Source: an uncultured Chloroflexia bacterium
Lineage (GTDB): Bacteria > Chloroflexota > Limnocylindria > Limnocylindrales > CSP1-4
DNA length: 64,000 bases
Direction: 5' to 3'
NCBI GenBank assembly: GCA_963763775.1
Contig: CAVXPZ010000002.1
Location: 32,001-96,000 of the forward strand
How positions within the stretch are numbered: the first letter of the stretch is position 1; each line of letters begins with the position of its first letter. Of the stretch, positions 1-9,308 are shown piece by piece. The notes below the pieces were generated by a model. The model did not search any database, was not told where the DNA came from, and saw only the letters and a list, made by a program, of their open reading frames with translations. The translations under genes and the position numbers were made by a program.

Positions 1-2
1 GC

Positions 3-404
3 CTGCTCGCGCAGGAGCGGCTCGGCCGCCCGCGAGATCCGACCCGAGTGGCCACCGGACGGCAGCTGCATGGCCGTGATGTCGGTGACCTTGCCGCCGC
101 TCACGGTGATCGAGACCTGCACGGGTCCGAACTGCGTGTCGACGACCGGGCCGCTGACCGTGGCGCCGGCCGGCGTGGCCGTCGCGCCAGATCCGGTCGT
201 CGGGGCCGATGTCGCCGCCGGGGTCGTGGTCGTGCCGCCGGCGGTCGTGCCGCCGGCCGTCGTCGGCGCCGCTGTGGCCGTGTCGGCGAATGCGCTGCCG
301 CTGATCGAGTTGCCGACCACCTGGTCGGGGGTCTTGAAACTGAGCAACAGGATCAGGGCGACCGTCGTGACGGCGATGGCGGCTGCGCCGCGTTTGGGAA
401 ACAT
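3..404 (-). CDS. FMN-binding domain secreted protein (3' end runs off the window)
   Basis: Manual translation from ATG at 404: MFPKRGAAAIAVTTVALILLLSFKTP (anchor), a Thr/Ala-rich linker, then TVSGPVVDTQFGPVQVSITVSGGKVTDITAMQLP...SGRISRAAEPLLREQA, typical of FMN_bind proteins. Not in the ORF track because it is truncated. Confidence 0.85.
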   Translation of the reverse strand, partial: MFPKRGAAAIAVTTVALILLLSFKTPDQVVGNSISGSAFADTATAAPTTAGGTTAGGTTTTPAATSAPTTGSGATATPAGATVSGPVVDTQFGPVQVSITVSGGKVTDITAMQLPSGGHSGRISRAAEPLLREQ

Positions 405-415
405 CGATCCGGACC

Positions 416-1276
416 TCAGCTCTGGGTGGCGCCCACGGCCTGCTGGATCAGGCTCGACGCGGCGCTGATGGGGATCGCGAAGCCGAGTCCCTCGGCCTCG
501 GAGGACACGGCGGTGTTGACGCCGACGACGGCCCCGCTGGCGTCCAGCAGCGGCCCGCCGCTGTTGCCGGGGTTGATCGCCGCGTCGGTCTGGATGAGGC
601 CCGTGAGGGTCTCCGGCTGGCCCGTCTCCTCGTCGGACACCGTGATCGTGCGGTCGACCGCGGAGACGATGCCCTTGGTGACGGTTTCGGTGAACGTGCC
701 GAGCGGGCTGCCGATCGCGATGGCTTCCTGCCCGACCTGGAGCGGGGTCGCGCCCGCGATCCGCGCCGCCGCGAGACCGGTGGCCTCGACCTTGATCAGG
801 GCCAGGTCCTGATCGTCCGAGATCTTGACGACCTGCGCGTCGTACTGCGTGCCGTCCTCGAGTTCGACCGACAGGGACGAGCTCCCGGCCACGACGTGGC
901 GGTTCGTCAGGATGTAGCCGTCGGCCGTCAGGATGATCCCGGAGCCCACGCCGGTCGTCGGGACCGCGAACGGCGACAAGCCACCGCCGGACTGGCTGTC
1001 CGCCGTGATCGTCACGACCGAGGCGGTCGCGGCGGCCACCACGTCCGTGATGTCCTTGGCCTTGGCGGCGGTCATCCCGACGGCCGTGCCCGAGCCGACC
1101 GAGGCCGGCGTCGCGGACGCGGCTGGCGCGCCACCGCCCACGATCAGCGCTGCGGTGGTGGTCGAGGCGAGGACCGCGGACAGCAGCGAGACCGCGAAGA
1201 CGGAGCGGCCGAGGCGGCGCGTCGGCGTTGCCGGGGAGCGCCCGGGCTCCGGGGCGGCGGCGCTCTGGCGTGTCAT
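416..1276 (-). CDS. HtrA/DegP-like trypsin serine protease (S1C), no PDZ domain
   Basis: LTNRHVV, DLALIK, IQTDAAINPGNSGGPL catalytic triad motifs; N-terminal TM segment; ends right after the protease domain. Confidence 0.92.
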   Translation of the reverse strand: MTRQSAAAPEPGRSPATPTRRLGRSVFAVSLLSAVLASTTTAALIVGGGAPAASATPASVGSGTAVGMTAAKAKDITDVVAAATASVVTITADSQSGGGLSPFAVPTTGVGSGIILTADGYILTNRHVVAGSSSLSVELEDGTQYDAQVVKISDDQDLALIKVEATGLAAARIAGATPLQVGQEAIAIGSPLGTFTETVTKGIVSAVDRTITVSDEETGQPETLTGLIQTDAAINPGNSGGPLLDASGAVVGVNTAVSSEAEGLGFAIPISAASSLIQQAVGATQS

Positions 1277-1380
1277 CGCGGGGCGCCGGGGTCAGGACGG
1301 TGGTGTCGTACATCGGGGGTTCTCCAGGTCGTCGCGTCGCGTCGGTCCCTCCCCGACGATCCCCATGTAAGCCGGTTCGC

Positions 1381-1397
1381 GTGAGAGGCTGCTGAGA
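1381..1397 (-). promoter_or_regulatory. MprA-like direct repeat box upstream of the HtrA gene
   Basis: Minus strand TCTCAG-cagcc-TCTCAC. Confidence 0.65.
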
Positions 1398-1402
1398 ATC
1401 GA

Positions 1403-1435
1403 ACGACGCGGCGACCGCGAGGGTCGCCGCGTCGT
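1403..1435 (-). terminator. Strong hairpin downstream of the DUF5666 gene
   Basis: ACGACGCGGCGACC-gcgag-GGTCGCCGCGTCGT, a perfect 14-bp stem. Confidence 0.6.
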
Positions 1436-1454
1436 CTCGGGTCGGTGCCGCGAG

Positions 1455-2321
1455 TCAGCCGGCGCCGGCGGACGGGACCGGGGAGGCGTTCGGCGAACCG
1501 TCCTGCGGGCCGCTGGCGCCCGGCCAGCCGGGGCCGTCGCCGTCGCGATGGAACATGCCGCCGCCGAGGCCGCCGGCGACCGCCTCTGCGTCGAGCGAGC
1601 CGTCGGCGCGCTGGGTGCCCTGGGCCACGATGAACGCGTCCACCTTGATGTCCGCGAGCGTCGGGTTCGTGACGCCGGCGACCTGGTAGGTCGTCGAGCT
1701 GTCGACATGGATCGTCTGGGTCGTCCCCCCGAAGCCCTGGACCGTGATGGTGGAGCCGTCGACCTTCGTGACCTGGCCGAAGACGGTCGGGATCACGACA
1801 CGCACGGCCGTGATGGTGTAGGTGCCATCGGTCTGGCGATCCTGGCGGAACGAGATCTGGTCGCCGACCTTGAGGTCAGCCACCGCGATCGTCTTGCCGG
1901 CCCGCGTGATCGCGGTGTCGCTCGTGACGGTGATGGTCCGTGTCCAGCCGTCGTCGGTCTTGAGCGAGAGATCGGAGCCGTTGATCGCCGTGATGGTCAC
2001 GCCGCGTCCGACCCCGAATCCGGGGCCTGCGTCACCACCGAAGAAGCCGAAGCCGCGGCCGCCCATCATCGGACCGCCGTTGCGTGGGCCGAGGTTCGGG
2101 TCCGCCGAGGTGGCCGGTGCGCTGGACGGCGCCGCCGACGGATCGGTCACGGTCGACGGGTCGGCACCGGTCGACGGCGCGGGCGAGGCGCCCATCACCG
2201 ACATCACGCCGACCGCGAAGAGCAACGCGGAACCCAGGACGATCCCGCCCCGCGTCGCGCCTCGCGACAGGAGTGGGCGATGGATGCGCTCGTGGAACTC
2301 GGTGGGCTCTCGCTCGGTCAT
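1455..2321 (-). CDS. Secreted DUF5666-like protein (two OB-like repeats, Gly-rich segments)
   Basis: TM/signal segment, then repeats TITAINGSDLSL...T.IT...VADLKVGD and GQVTKVDGSTITV...LADIKVD..IVAQG..DGSLDA. Confidence 0.7.
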   Translation of the reverse strand: MTEREPTEFHERIHRPLLSRGATRGGIVLGSALLFAVGVMSVMGASPAPSTGADPSTVTDPSAAPSSAPATSADPNLGPRNGGPMMGGRGFGFFGGDAGPGFGVGRGVTITAINGSDLSLKTDDGWTRTITVTSDTAITRAGKTIAVADLKVGDQISFRQDRQTDGTYTITAVRVVIPTVFGQVTKVDGSTITVQGFGGTTQTIHVDSSTTYQVAGVTNPTLADIKVDAFIVAQGTQRADGSLDAEAVAGGLGGGMFHRDGDGPGWPGASGPQDGSPNASPVPSAGAG

Positions 2322-2402
2322 TCGGACACTCCGTGGTCGTGTTGGGATCTCGATGGCGGGTCGATGGACGGACCCGTGCAGCGCTGAGTCTCGATGGCGA
2401 TT

Positions 2403-2419
2403 CTTCGAGGGTCCTGAGA
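2403..2419 (-). promoter_or_regulatory. Degenerate MprA-like box upstream of the DUF5666 gene
   Basis: Minus strand TCTCAG-gaccc-TCGAAG, followed 10 nt later by the -10-like hexamer GAGACT. Confidence 0.45.
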
Positions 2420-2493
2420 ACGGGCGGATCCGGGGCGTGCGGGCAACATCGTCGGCGTCGCCGTCTCGGCGGGGCGCGTGAGCCCCGACCGGG

Positions 2494-3876
2494 CTAGTAC
2501 GCGAACCGCTCGGCGTGGATCTGCGATCCCGGGACGCGCAGTTCGGCCAGCGACGCCTCGACGGTCTGCATCATCGGGACCGGGGCGCAGATGTAGACAT
2601 CGCGGTCGACGACGTCGGGCACGAGCGTCAGCAAGGCGCGAGGCGCCAACGGATCCCCGGGCATGGCCGCGGACCCGCGTCGACCGATCACGTAGTGCAC
2701 CGCGATGCCGCGCTGGCGAGCCAGCTGGTCGAGCTCGTCGCGGAAGACGATGTCGGCGGGTCGGGCCGCGCGATAGACGAGCACGAGCTCGCCGGGAGCG
2801 GCCGGCAGGGCCTCCAGCAGCGCGCGCAGCGGCGTGATGCCGATACCGCCGGCGATCATCAGGACCCGGCGTCGCGTCCGTCGGGCCCCCGTGAGGATCC
2901 CGTACGGCCCCTCGACGCCGACGCGCGTCCCCGCGTGGATCTCCTGGAGCTGCTTGGACCAATCGCCGAGGTCCTTGACGGTGATCCGCAGCCAGCGGCC
3001 GTTCGGCGCCGACGAGATCGAGAAGGGATGGGCCCGCCACCAGCCGTCGCGCGTGAGGAACCGCCACTGGAACCACTGGCCGGCACGGACGGCGAGCTGA
3101 TCGAGGTCACGGCCCGTGATGTAGAGGCTGACCACGCCCGGCGCCTCCTGGACGACGTTGGCGACCACGAGGCGGTGTCGAAGCGACGTCCGGACCGGCT
3201 GTCCGACCCGGAAGACCAGGATGAGCGCGATGGTCGCGAGGTACAGCCCGATCCAGTACATCGACGCGACCTGGTCGTGCATGAAGTCCGAGCCCACGAA
3301 GAGCTGGTGGAGGAACCCGAGGGCGATCGCGAGGTAGGCGTACAGGTGGATGCCGTACCACGTCTCCCGCGACAGCTTTCGACGCGCGGCCCGGATCGAG
3401 GTGATCGTCACGGCCGCGAACAGGCCGGCGCTGACGGTGGCCATGAGGACGTAGGGATACGTGGTCACGAGCGCGACGAACTCGTCGACGACGCTCGAGC
3501 CGTCACCCAGGGCGTAGCCGACCGTCGTCGCGACGATGTGGCCGAGCAACAGCCAGGCCGTGGCGAACCCGAGCCACCGATGGGCGACCGCGAGGCCGTC
3601 CATCCCGAAGGTCTGGTCGAGCCATGGACTCCGGGACATGAGGACGAGCTGGATGAGGGCGAAGTAGGTGCCGTAGAGCGCGGTGACCTGGCCGATCGCC
3701 GTCAGGAGCCCGGCAGGGCTCGAGAGCTCGGCCGTGCCGCCGTGGCGGAACCACATCAACCCGATCACGATCGCCTGGGCGATCAGGACCGCCACGACGT
3801 CCGCGCCGCGCAGCCGACGCGACCGCGGCATCGGGACGGCGCGCGGTGCAGCGGCAGTCTGCGGGCGGCTGGTCAT
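2494..3876 (-). CDS. Ferric reductase-like transmembrane / FAD-NAD(P)H oxidoreductase
   Basis: Heme His motifs AHRWLG, LLGHI, IHLYAY, FLHQ; HPFSISS, GPYG, AGGIGITP, C-terminal ERFAY. Start moved to MTSRPQ. Confidence 0.92.
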   Translation of the reverse strand: MTSRPQTAAAPRAVPMPRSRRLRGADVVAVLIAQAIVIGLMWFRHGGTAELSSPAGLLTAIGQVTALYGTYFALIQLVLMSRSPWLDQTFGMDGLAVAHRWLGFATAWLLLGHIVATTVGYALGDGSSVVDEFVALVTTYPYVLMATVSAGLFAAVTITSIRAARRKLSRETWYGIHLYAYLAIALGFLHQLFVGSDFMHDQVASMYWIGLYLATIALILVFRVGQPVRTSLRHRLVVANVVQEAPGVVSLYITGRDLDQLAVRAGQWFQWRFLTRDGWWRAHPFSISSAPNGRWLRITVKDLGDWSKQLQEIHAGTRVGVEGPYGILTGARRTRRRVLMIAGGIGITPLRALLEALPAAPGELVLVYRAARPADIVFRDELDQLARQRGIAVHYVIGRRGSAAMPGDPLAPRALLTLVPDVVDRDVYICAPVPMMQTVEASLAELRVPGSQIHAERFAY

Positions 3877-3899
3877 GGTCCGGATGCTGGGGCCGGACG

Positions 3900-3916
3900 C
3901 TGAGAGGAATCTGAGA
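3900..3916 (-). promoter_or_regulatory. Perfect MprA-like box upstream of the ferric reductase-like gene
   Basis: Minus strand TCTCAG-attcc-TCTCAG, 10 nt from the -10-like CAGCAT, which lies 7 nt before the ATG. Confidence 0.7.
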
Positions 3917-3946
3917 GCGCGATACTGCGCGGGACAGGAGGTTCGG

Positions 3947-5950
3947 ATGCGAGAACCCGGCCCCTCGTGGCCGATCTTCGGGCGCGACGGCGACGGCGTG
4001 GCGTGGCGACCTGATCCGGCCATGACCGGGGCGTCGCTCCTCGAGGGGTTCCTCCGGACCACCGGGGAGCGGAGTCTCGAGACGGTGCAGGCCCGCGCGG
4101 CCGCCGACCCGGCATGGTTCTGGGGAGCGGCGGCGGACGACGTCGGGATCCGCTGGCAGCGCCGGCCGTCCGGGATCCTCGACCTCTCCGGCGGGCCGGC
4201 GTGGGCTCGCTGGTGGAGCGGGGCTGCCTGGAACTACGCGCGCGCCGCGGTCGAGGCGGCCGACGCCGCGGACGGGGACCGGCCCCGGCTCGTCTGGGAA
4301 GGCGAGGACGGCGCGGTCGTCACGCTGACCGGCCGAGAGCTCGCCGCGGCCGTCGACGTGGCGGTCCGTCGCCTGGCCGCGCACGGGGTGCGTCCCGGCG
4401 ACCGGGTCGGGGTGCTGCTGCCGATGCTTCCCGAGACCGTGGTCTCGGTCCTCGCCCTCGGCCGGCTCCAGGCGATCTTCACGCCGATCTTCAGCGGCTA
4501 CGGCGCACCGGCGATCGCGACCCGGCTCGCCGACTGCGAGGCGTCGCTGCTGATCACCGCGGACGGGTTCCTGCGGCGTGGGACATGGGTCCAGCTCAAG
4601 GCCGTCGCCGACGAGGCGGTCGCGGGCGTCCCGTCGATCCGCCGGTTGCTCGTGGTCCGCCGCGCGGGCGACGCCCTCGAGACACCCTGGACCCAGGGCC
4701 GCGACGCCTGGTGGCACGACCCGGTGGCCGGGGAGGCCGGCGGTCCCGCGCCCGATGCCGGCAGCGAGACCGATCCCGAGACGCCGTACATGCTCATCTA
4801 CACATCGGGCACGACCGGGCGTCCGAAGGGGGCGGTCCACGTGCACGGCGGCTTCCCGATCAAGGCCGCCCAGGACCTGGCCCATCAGTTCGACCTCGGA
4901 CCGGCCGACACGCTCTTCTGGTTCACGGACCTGGGCTGGATGATGGGCCCGTGGGCGATCGCCGGCACACTGCTCCGCGGTGCTCGACTCGTCCTCTACG
5001 AGGGCGCGCCGGACTTCCCGGGGCCGGACCGGCTGTGGTCCCTGGTGGCACGCCACCGGGTCACCCACCTCGGCCTGTCCCCCACCGTCATCCGCGCGCT
5101 GATGGCCCACGGCGAGGAACCGGTCCGGTCGCACGACCGCTCGTCGCTCCGGGTCCTCGGCTCGACCGGCGAGCCGTGGAACCCGAGCCCTTGGTGGTGG
5201 TATTTCCGCGAGGTCGGGGAGGGCCGCTGCCCGATCGTCAACTACTCGGGCGGGACCGAGGTCTCGGGCGGGATCGTGTCCGGGAACGTCGTCGGGCCGA
5301 TCAAGCCGGCGTCGTTCTCGGGGCCGTGCATCGGGACCATCGCGGACGTCGTGGACGAGGCGGGGACCTCGGTGCGCGGCGCGGTGGGCGAACTCGTGAT
5401 CCGGGCGCCGATGCCGGGCATGACCCGGGGGTTCTGGCGCGATCCCGAGCGCTACGAGTCCACCTATTGGTCGCGGATCCCCGGCACGTGGGTCCATGGC
5501 GACTGGGCGCTCCGTGGATCCGACGGCTTCTGGTACATCCACGGCCGGTCCGACGACACGCTCAAGGTGGCCGGCAAGCGCGTCGGGCCGGCGGAGGTCG
5601 AGAGTGCGGCCGTCTCGCACCCGGCAGTCCTGGAGGCGGCCGCGATCGGCGTCCCGCACGAGATCAAGGGGGAGGTCGTCGTGGTGCTCTGCGTCCTGCG
5701 CCCGGGAGAGACCGACGACCCGGCACTCCGATCGGCGATCTCCGCGACCGTCGCCGAGCAGCTCGGCAAGCCGCTCAAGCCCGAGACGGTCGCCGTGGTC
5801 CGGGCCCTGCCCAAGACGCGCTCGGGCAAGGTCATGCGCCGCGTCGCCCGCGCGACATGGCTGGGTCTCGACCCGGGTGACCTCTCGACCCTCGATGACG
5901 CCGGGGCGCTCGACGCGATCCGGTCCGTGGCCCCACCGCGACCGGGCTGA
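3947..5950 (+). CDS. Acetate/acyl-CoA ligase (AMP-forming, ACS-like)
   Basis: YTSGTTGRPKG, STGEPW, GGTE, GRSDDTLKVAGKR, PKTRSGKVMRR motifs; SD AGGAGG before ATG 3947. Confidence 0.92.
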   Translation: MREPGPSWPIFGRDGDGVAWRPDPAMTGASLLEGFLRTTGERSLETVQARAAADPAWFWGAAADDVGIRWQRRPSGILDLSGGPAWARWWSGAAWNYARAAVEAADAADGDRPRLVWEGEDGAVVTLTGRELAAAVDVAVRRLAAHGVRPGDRVGVLLPMLPETVVSVLALGRLQAIFTPIFSGYGAPAIATRLADCEASLLITADGFLRRGTWVQLKAVADEAVAGVPSIRRLLVVRRAGDALETPWTQGRDAWWHDPVAGEAGGPAPDAGSETDPETPYMLIYTSGTTGRPKGAVHVHGGFPIKAAQDLAHQFDLGPADTLFWFTDLGWMMGPWAIAGTLLRGARLVLYEGAPDFPGPDRLWSLVARHRVTHLGLSPTVIRALMAHGEEPVRSHDRSSLRVLGSTGEPWNPSPWWWYFREVGEGRCPIVNYSGGTEVSGGIVSGNVVGPIKPASFSGPCIGTIADVVDEAGTSVRGAVGELVIRAPMPGMTRGFWRDPERYESTYWSRIPGTWVHGDWALRGSDGFWYIHGRSDDTLKVAGKRVGPAEVESAAVSHPAVLEAAAIGVPHEIKGEVVVVLCVLRPGETDDPALRSAISATVAEQLGKPLKPETVAVVRALPKTRSGKVMRRVARATWLGLDPGDLSTLDDAGALDAIRSVAPPRPG

Positions 5951-6020
5951 CCGGTCATGGCCGGCCGGCGCGACGGTCGCGGCCGGCCCGCGACGGCCGC
6001 GGCGCCGTATCCTTGGCGAC

Positions 6021-6494
6021 GTGCAGACGACCACGGCCCCCGACCGCGACATCGTCACCTGGGACGAGCTGGACCGACTCGTGGCGGACCTGGCGGAACG
6101 GCTGACCGGCGCCCAATTCGACGTGATGCTGGCGATCACCCGCGGCGGTCTCGTGCCCGCAGGCATGCTCGCCTATCGGCTGCGCCTGCGGAACATCCTC
6201 GTCGCCGCCGTCGAGTACTACGACGACCACGGCAAGCCGGGGCCGCACCCCACGTTCCTGCAGTTCCCGGCGGATCCGCTCCTGCGCGGTCAGCGGGTGC
6301 TCATCGTCGACGAGGTCTGGGACAGCGGGACGACGATCCACGCCGTGACGGATCGCGTGCTGCAAGCGGGCGGCATCCCGACGACGGCGGTCCTGCACTT
6401 CAAGCCGGCGCGGTCGCGCGTCCCCGGCCGGCCGGACGTGTTCGCGGTGGAGACCGACCGATGGGTCGTGTATCCCTTCAAAGCGGGCGGCTGA
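6021..6494 (+). CDS. Purine phosphoribosyltransferase (Gpt-like)
   Basis: AITRGGLVPA, PRPP-binding VLIVDEVWDSGTT, WVVYP; TATCCT -10 shortly before GTG (leaderless). Confidence 0.88.
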   Translation: MQTTTAPDRDIVTWDELDRLVADLAERLTGAQFDVMLAITRGGLVPAGMLAYRLRLRNILVAAVEYYDDHGKPGPHPTFLQFPADPLLRGQRVLIVDEVWDSGTTIHAVTDRVLQAGGIPTTAVLHFKPARSRVPGRPDVFAVETDRWVVYPFKAGG

Positions 6495-6567
6495 CCATCG
6501 GTCGGTCCCCAGAACCAACCTGTGCCGTGCGGCCCGATGCCGCGCCATCGACCAACGGAGGCCGATC

Positions 6568-7653
6568 GTGACGACCCAGTCGATACTCCTCGTCGGAACG
6601 AAGAAGGGGGCGTTCATCCTCGAGAGCGACGCGTCGCGTCACGACTGGACCGTGCGCGGGCCGTTGTGCGAGGGCTGGCCGATCCACGACCTGATCGTGG
6701 ATCCGGCGAGCGGGGCGATCCTCGCGGCCGGCGGCAGCCCGTGGTTCGGGCCTGCCGTGTGGCGGAGCGACGACCGCGGCGAGACGTGGACCCACTCCTC
6801 GGACGGGCTCACGTACGGTGACGACGCACCGGCGGCCGTGAAGACCGTCTGGAGCCTGGCCGTGGCTCCTGACGGCACGATCCTGGCCGGGGTCGAGCCC
6901 GCCGGGCTGTTCAGGAGCCGGGATGGCGGCACGACCTGGACGCATGTCGAGGGCCTCACGAATCATCCGACTCGCCCGACGTGGGGCCCCGGAGCGGGCG
7001 GCCTCATCCTCCATACGATCGTCCCGCACCCGGTCGATCCCGATCGCACCTGGGTAGGGATCTCGGCGGTCGGGGTCTTCGAGACCCAGGACGGCGGCGT
7101 CTCGTGGGAACCGCGCAACGTCGGCGTGCGTGCCGGGTTCCTGCCGGACCCCCATCCGATCACCGGCCAATGCGTCCACAAGTTCGCCATGGCGGCCGGC
7201 GAGCCGGACACGCTCTACCAGCAGAACCACTGCGGCGTCTACCGTTCGGACGACGCGGGCGCGACGTGGATCGAGCTCACGGACAACGGCCTGCCGAGCG
7301 AGTTCTCGTTCCCGCTCGTGACCCACCCGCGCGACCCGGACACGGCCTGGGTGATCCCGCTCAACGGCGCCGACCAGGGACGGTTCGTCCCCGACGCGCG
7401 CCCGGCGGTCTGGCGGACCCACGATCGCGGCACGTCCTGGATCCGGGCGGATGCGGGCCTGCCGTCCGAGCACGCCTACTTCACGATCCTGCGCGAGGCC
7501 ATGGCCCGTGACACGCTGGATCCGGTCGGCGTCTCGTTCGGCACGGAGACCGGCCAGCTCTGGCACAGCGCGGACGAGGGCCTGTCGTGGCGTCTGGTCA
7601 CCGATGCGCTGCCGGAGATCTGGGCGGTCGAGGCCGCGGTCATCGAGCGCTGA
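6568..7653 (+). CDS. BNR/Asp-box beta-propeller protein (exo-alpha-sialidase-like annotation)
   Basis: LLVGTKKG start; repeated S-x-D-x-G-x-T/S-W Asp-boxes; CVHK and QQNHCGVYRS motifs. Confidence 0.85.
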   Translation: MTTQSILLVGTKKGAFILESDASRHDWTVRGPLCEGWPIHDLIVDPASGAILAAGGSPWFGPAVWRSDDRGETWTHSSDGLTYGDDAPAAVKTVWSLAVAPDGTILAGVEPAGLFRSRDGGTTWTHVEGLTNHPTRPTWGPGAGGLILHTIVPHPVDPDRTWVGISAVGVFETQDGGVSWEPRNVGVRAGFLPDPHPITGQCVHKFAMAAGEPDTLYQQNHCGVYRSDDAGATWIELTDNGLPSEFSFPLVTHPRDPDTAWVIPLNGADQGRFVPDARPAVWRTHDRGTSWIRADAGLPSEHAYFTILREAMARDTLDPVGVSFGTETGQLWHSADEGLSWRLVTDALPEIWAVEAAVIER

Positions 7654-7657
7654 CGGC

Positions 7658-7921
7658 GTGGCCGTGGTGCTGCTCCCGCGCTCGCTGATCGCGCTCTTCC
7701 CCGGCGCGGAGCGGCGCTACGAGGTCGGCGGCGTCACGGTCGGCGCCGTCCTGCTGGAGCTCGACGACCGGGTCCCCGGGATCCGCGAACGCCTCGTCGA
7801 ATCGGGGCCGCGGCTGCGTCCGCACATCAACGTCTACGTCGATGGCGACCCGGCCGACCTCGTCTCGGCCGTGGGACCGTCCGCCACGGTCCACGTGCTG
7901 CCGGCGGTGTCGGGCGGCTGA
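7658..7921 (+). CDS. MoaD/ThiS family ubiquitin-like sulfur carrier
   Basis: LRPHINVYVDG...VHVLPAVSGG with C-terminal GG. Confidence 0.9.
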   Translation: MAVVLLPRSLIALFPGAERRYEVGGVTVGAVLLELDDRVPGIRERLVESGPRLRPHINVYVDGDPADLVSAVGPSATVHVLPAVSGG

Positions 7922-8121
7922 CGGGAAGCACGAGCGGCCGGGCCGGGTTGACCGGCGCGACCTGGGAGTTGCGCGGGGGGACGCCCTCCTGGATCGGCGC
8001 CGGTCGGATCACATCGTCGCCGAGCTCGCGATCCGTTCCGAGGGCGCGAACCGGCAGACTCGACCCGACGCGGTTGCACGGTCGCGGCAACGCCACGAGG
8101 CGGACGCGCTATGGTCCCGCC

Positions 8122-9306
8122 ATGGCCATCGATGGGCAGATGGGCGACGACGTCGAAGGATTCGACCTCGAGGCGATCGTGACGATCGTGGCGGCGGACG
8201 TCGGCGAACGCCCGGACGACGTCCGCGAGGCCGTCGAGCAGGTCATCCGTCTCGCCCTCGGACCGACCGAGCCCGGGGCGGCCGCCGGGATCGTCGAAGC
8301 CGACGGCGAGCGGGCCGCGCGTGACGGGATGCTCCCGGAGCAGCTCATCGACCGGTACCTCTCCACCCTCTGGGCCGTCTGGGAGGCCAGCGCCTCCGGA
8401 GCGAGCTCGAAGGGCGCCCTCGTGATGCTCGGTGACCGGCTCCTCCACGCCGCCGACGAATTGGTCGCCGCGGTGGCGGTCGGCTATCGGTCGGTCGAGC
8501 GCGACCTCATCGTCCGGAACGCCGAGGCACGACGCGCCTTCCTCGAGGAGCTGCTGGGGGCCGTCGCCGTGGACACGAGCGCGATCGGGCGACTTCGGCG
8601 GATCAGCGCCCGGAACGGCCTCGACCCGTCGGCCAACTACCGGCTCGTGGCGATCGCGGCGGACGGCGACACGGACGACACCGAGACCGAGGCCCTGGCC
8701 GGCCGGCTCCGGCTCGTCGTCGCCCGCCCGGCTGGGCTCGATCGGGCGCGAGCCGGCGTCACGCTGCCGCAGGTCATCACCTGGCGCGGGCGCGTCCTCG
8801 TCCTCGCCCGGGCGTCGTGGCCCGGTCTCGCCGGGCTCCAGGCGAGCCTCGCCGACGCCGCCGGCACGCGCTGGACGGCCGTGGTGTCGCCATCGATCGC
8901 GGGCGTGCAAGGTCTCGCGCCCGCCCTCGCCAGGCTGCTGGACACCCTGCGGACGGCGCGTCGGCTGCATCACGACGGCTGGATCGAGCACCCCGACGAC
9001 CTCGCAGTCGAACGGTTGATGCTGGCCGACGACGTCCTGCTCCAGACGATCGTGGATCGCGAGCTCGGACCGCTGCTCGACGACGCGCGCATGGGCGACG
9101 AGCTCGTCCACACGCTCCAGGTCTACTTCGACGCCGGCGAGAACATGCGCGAGACCGCACGACGACTGCATCTCGCCAATCGGACGGTCGCCTACCGGAT
9201 CGAGCGGATCGCGACCCTCCTGGGGCACCCGCTGGACGGCGCCTCGCGCCAGCGCCTGGTGATCGCGCTGCTCGCGCGACGGATCCTGGGCGGGGACACC
9301 GCCTGA
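8122..9306 (+). CDS. PucR/CdaR family transcriptional regulator
   Basis: GGDEF-like middle domain; C-terminal LVHTLQVYFDAGENMRETARRLHLANRTVAYRIERI HTH. Confidence 0.88.
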   Translation: MAIDGQMGDDVEGFDLEAIVTIVAADVGERPDDVREAVEQVIRLALGPTEPGAAAGIVEADGERAARDGMLPEQLIDRYLSTLWAVWEASASGASSKGALVMLGDRLLHAADELVAAVAVGYRSVERDLIVRNAEARRAFLEELLGAVAVDTSAIGRLRRISARNGLDPSANYRLVAIAADGDTDDTETEALAGRLRLVVARPAGLDRARAGVTLPQVITWRGRVLVLARASWPGLAGLQASLADAAGTRWTAVVSPSIAGVQGLAPALARLLDTLRTARRLHHDGWIEHPDDLAVERLMLADDVLLQTIVDRELGPLLDDARMGDELVHTLQVYFDAGENMRETARRLHLANRTVAYRIERIATLLGHPLDGASRQRLVIALLARRILGGDTA

Positions 9307-9308
9307 CC

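Noticed and set aside
7922-8121. 200-bp intergenic region as a possible ncRNA or small ORF
   Set aside because: No recognisable RNA family motif or convincing coding signal was found. Only a -10 element near the PucR start is evident.
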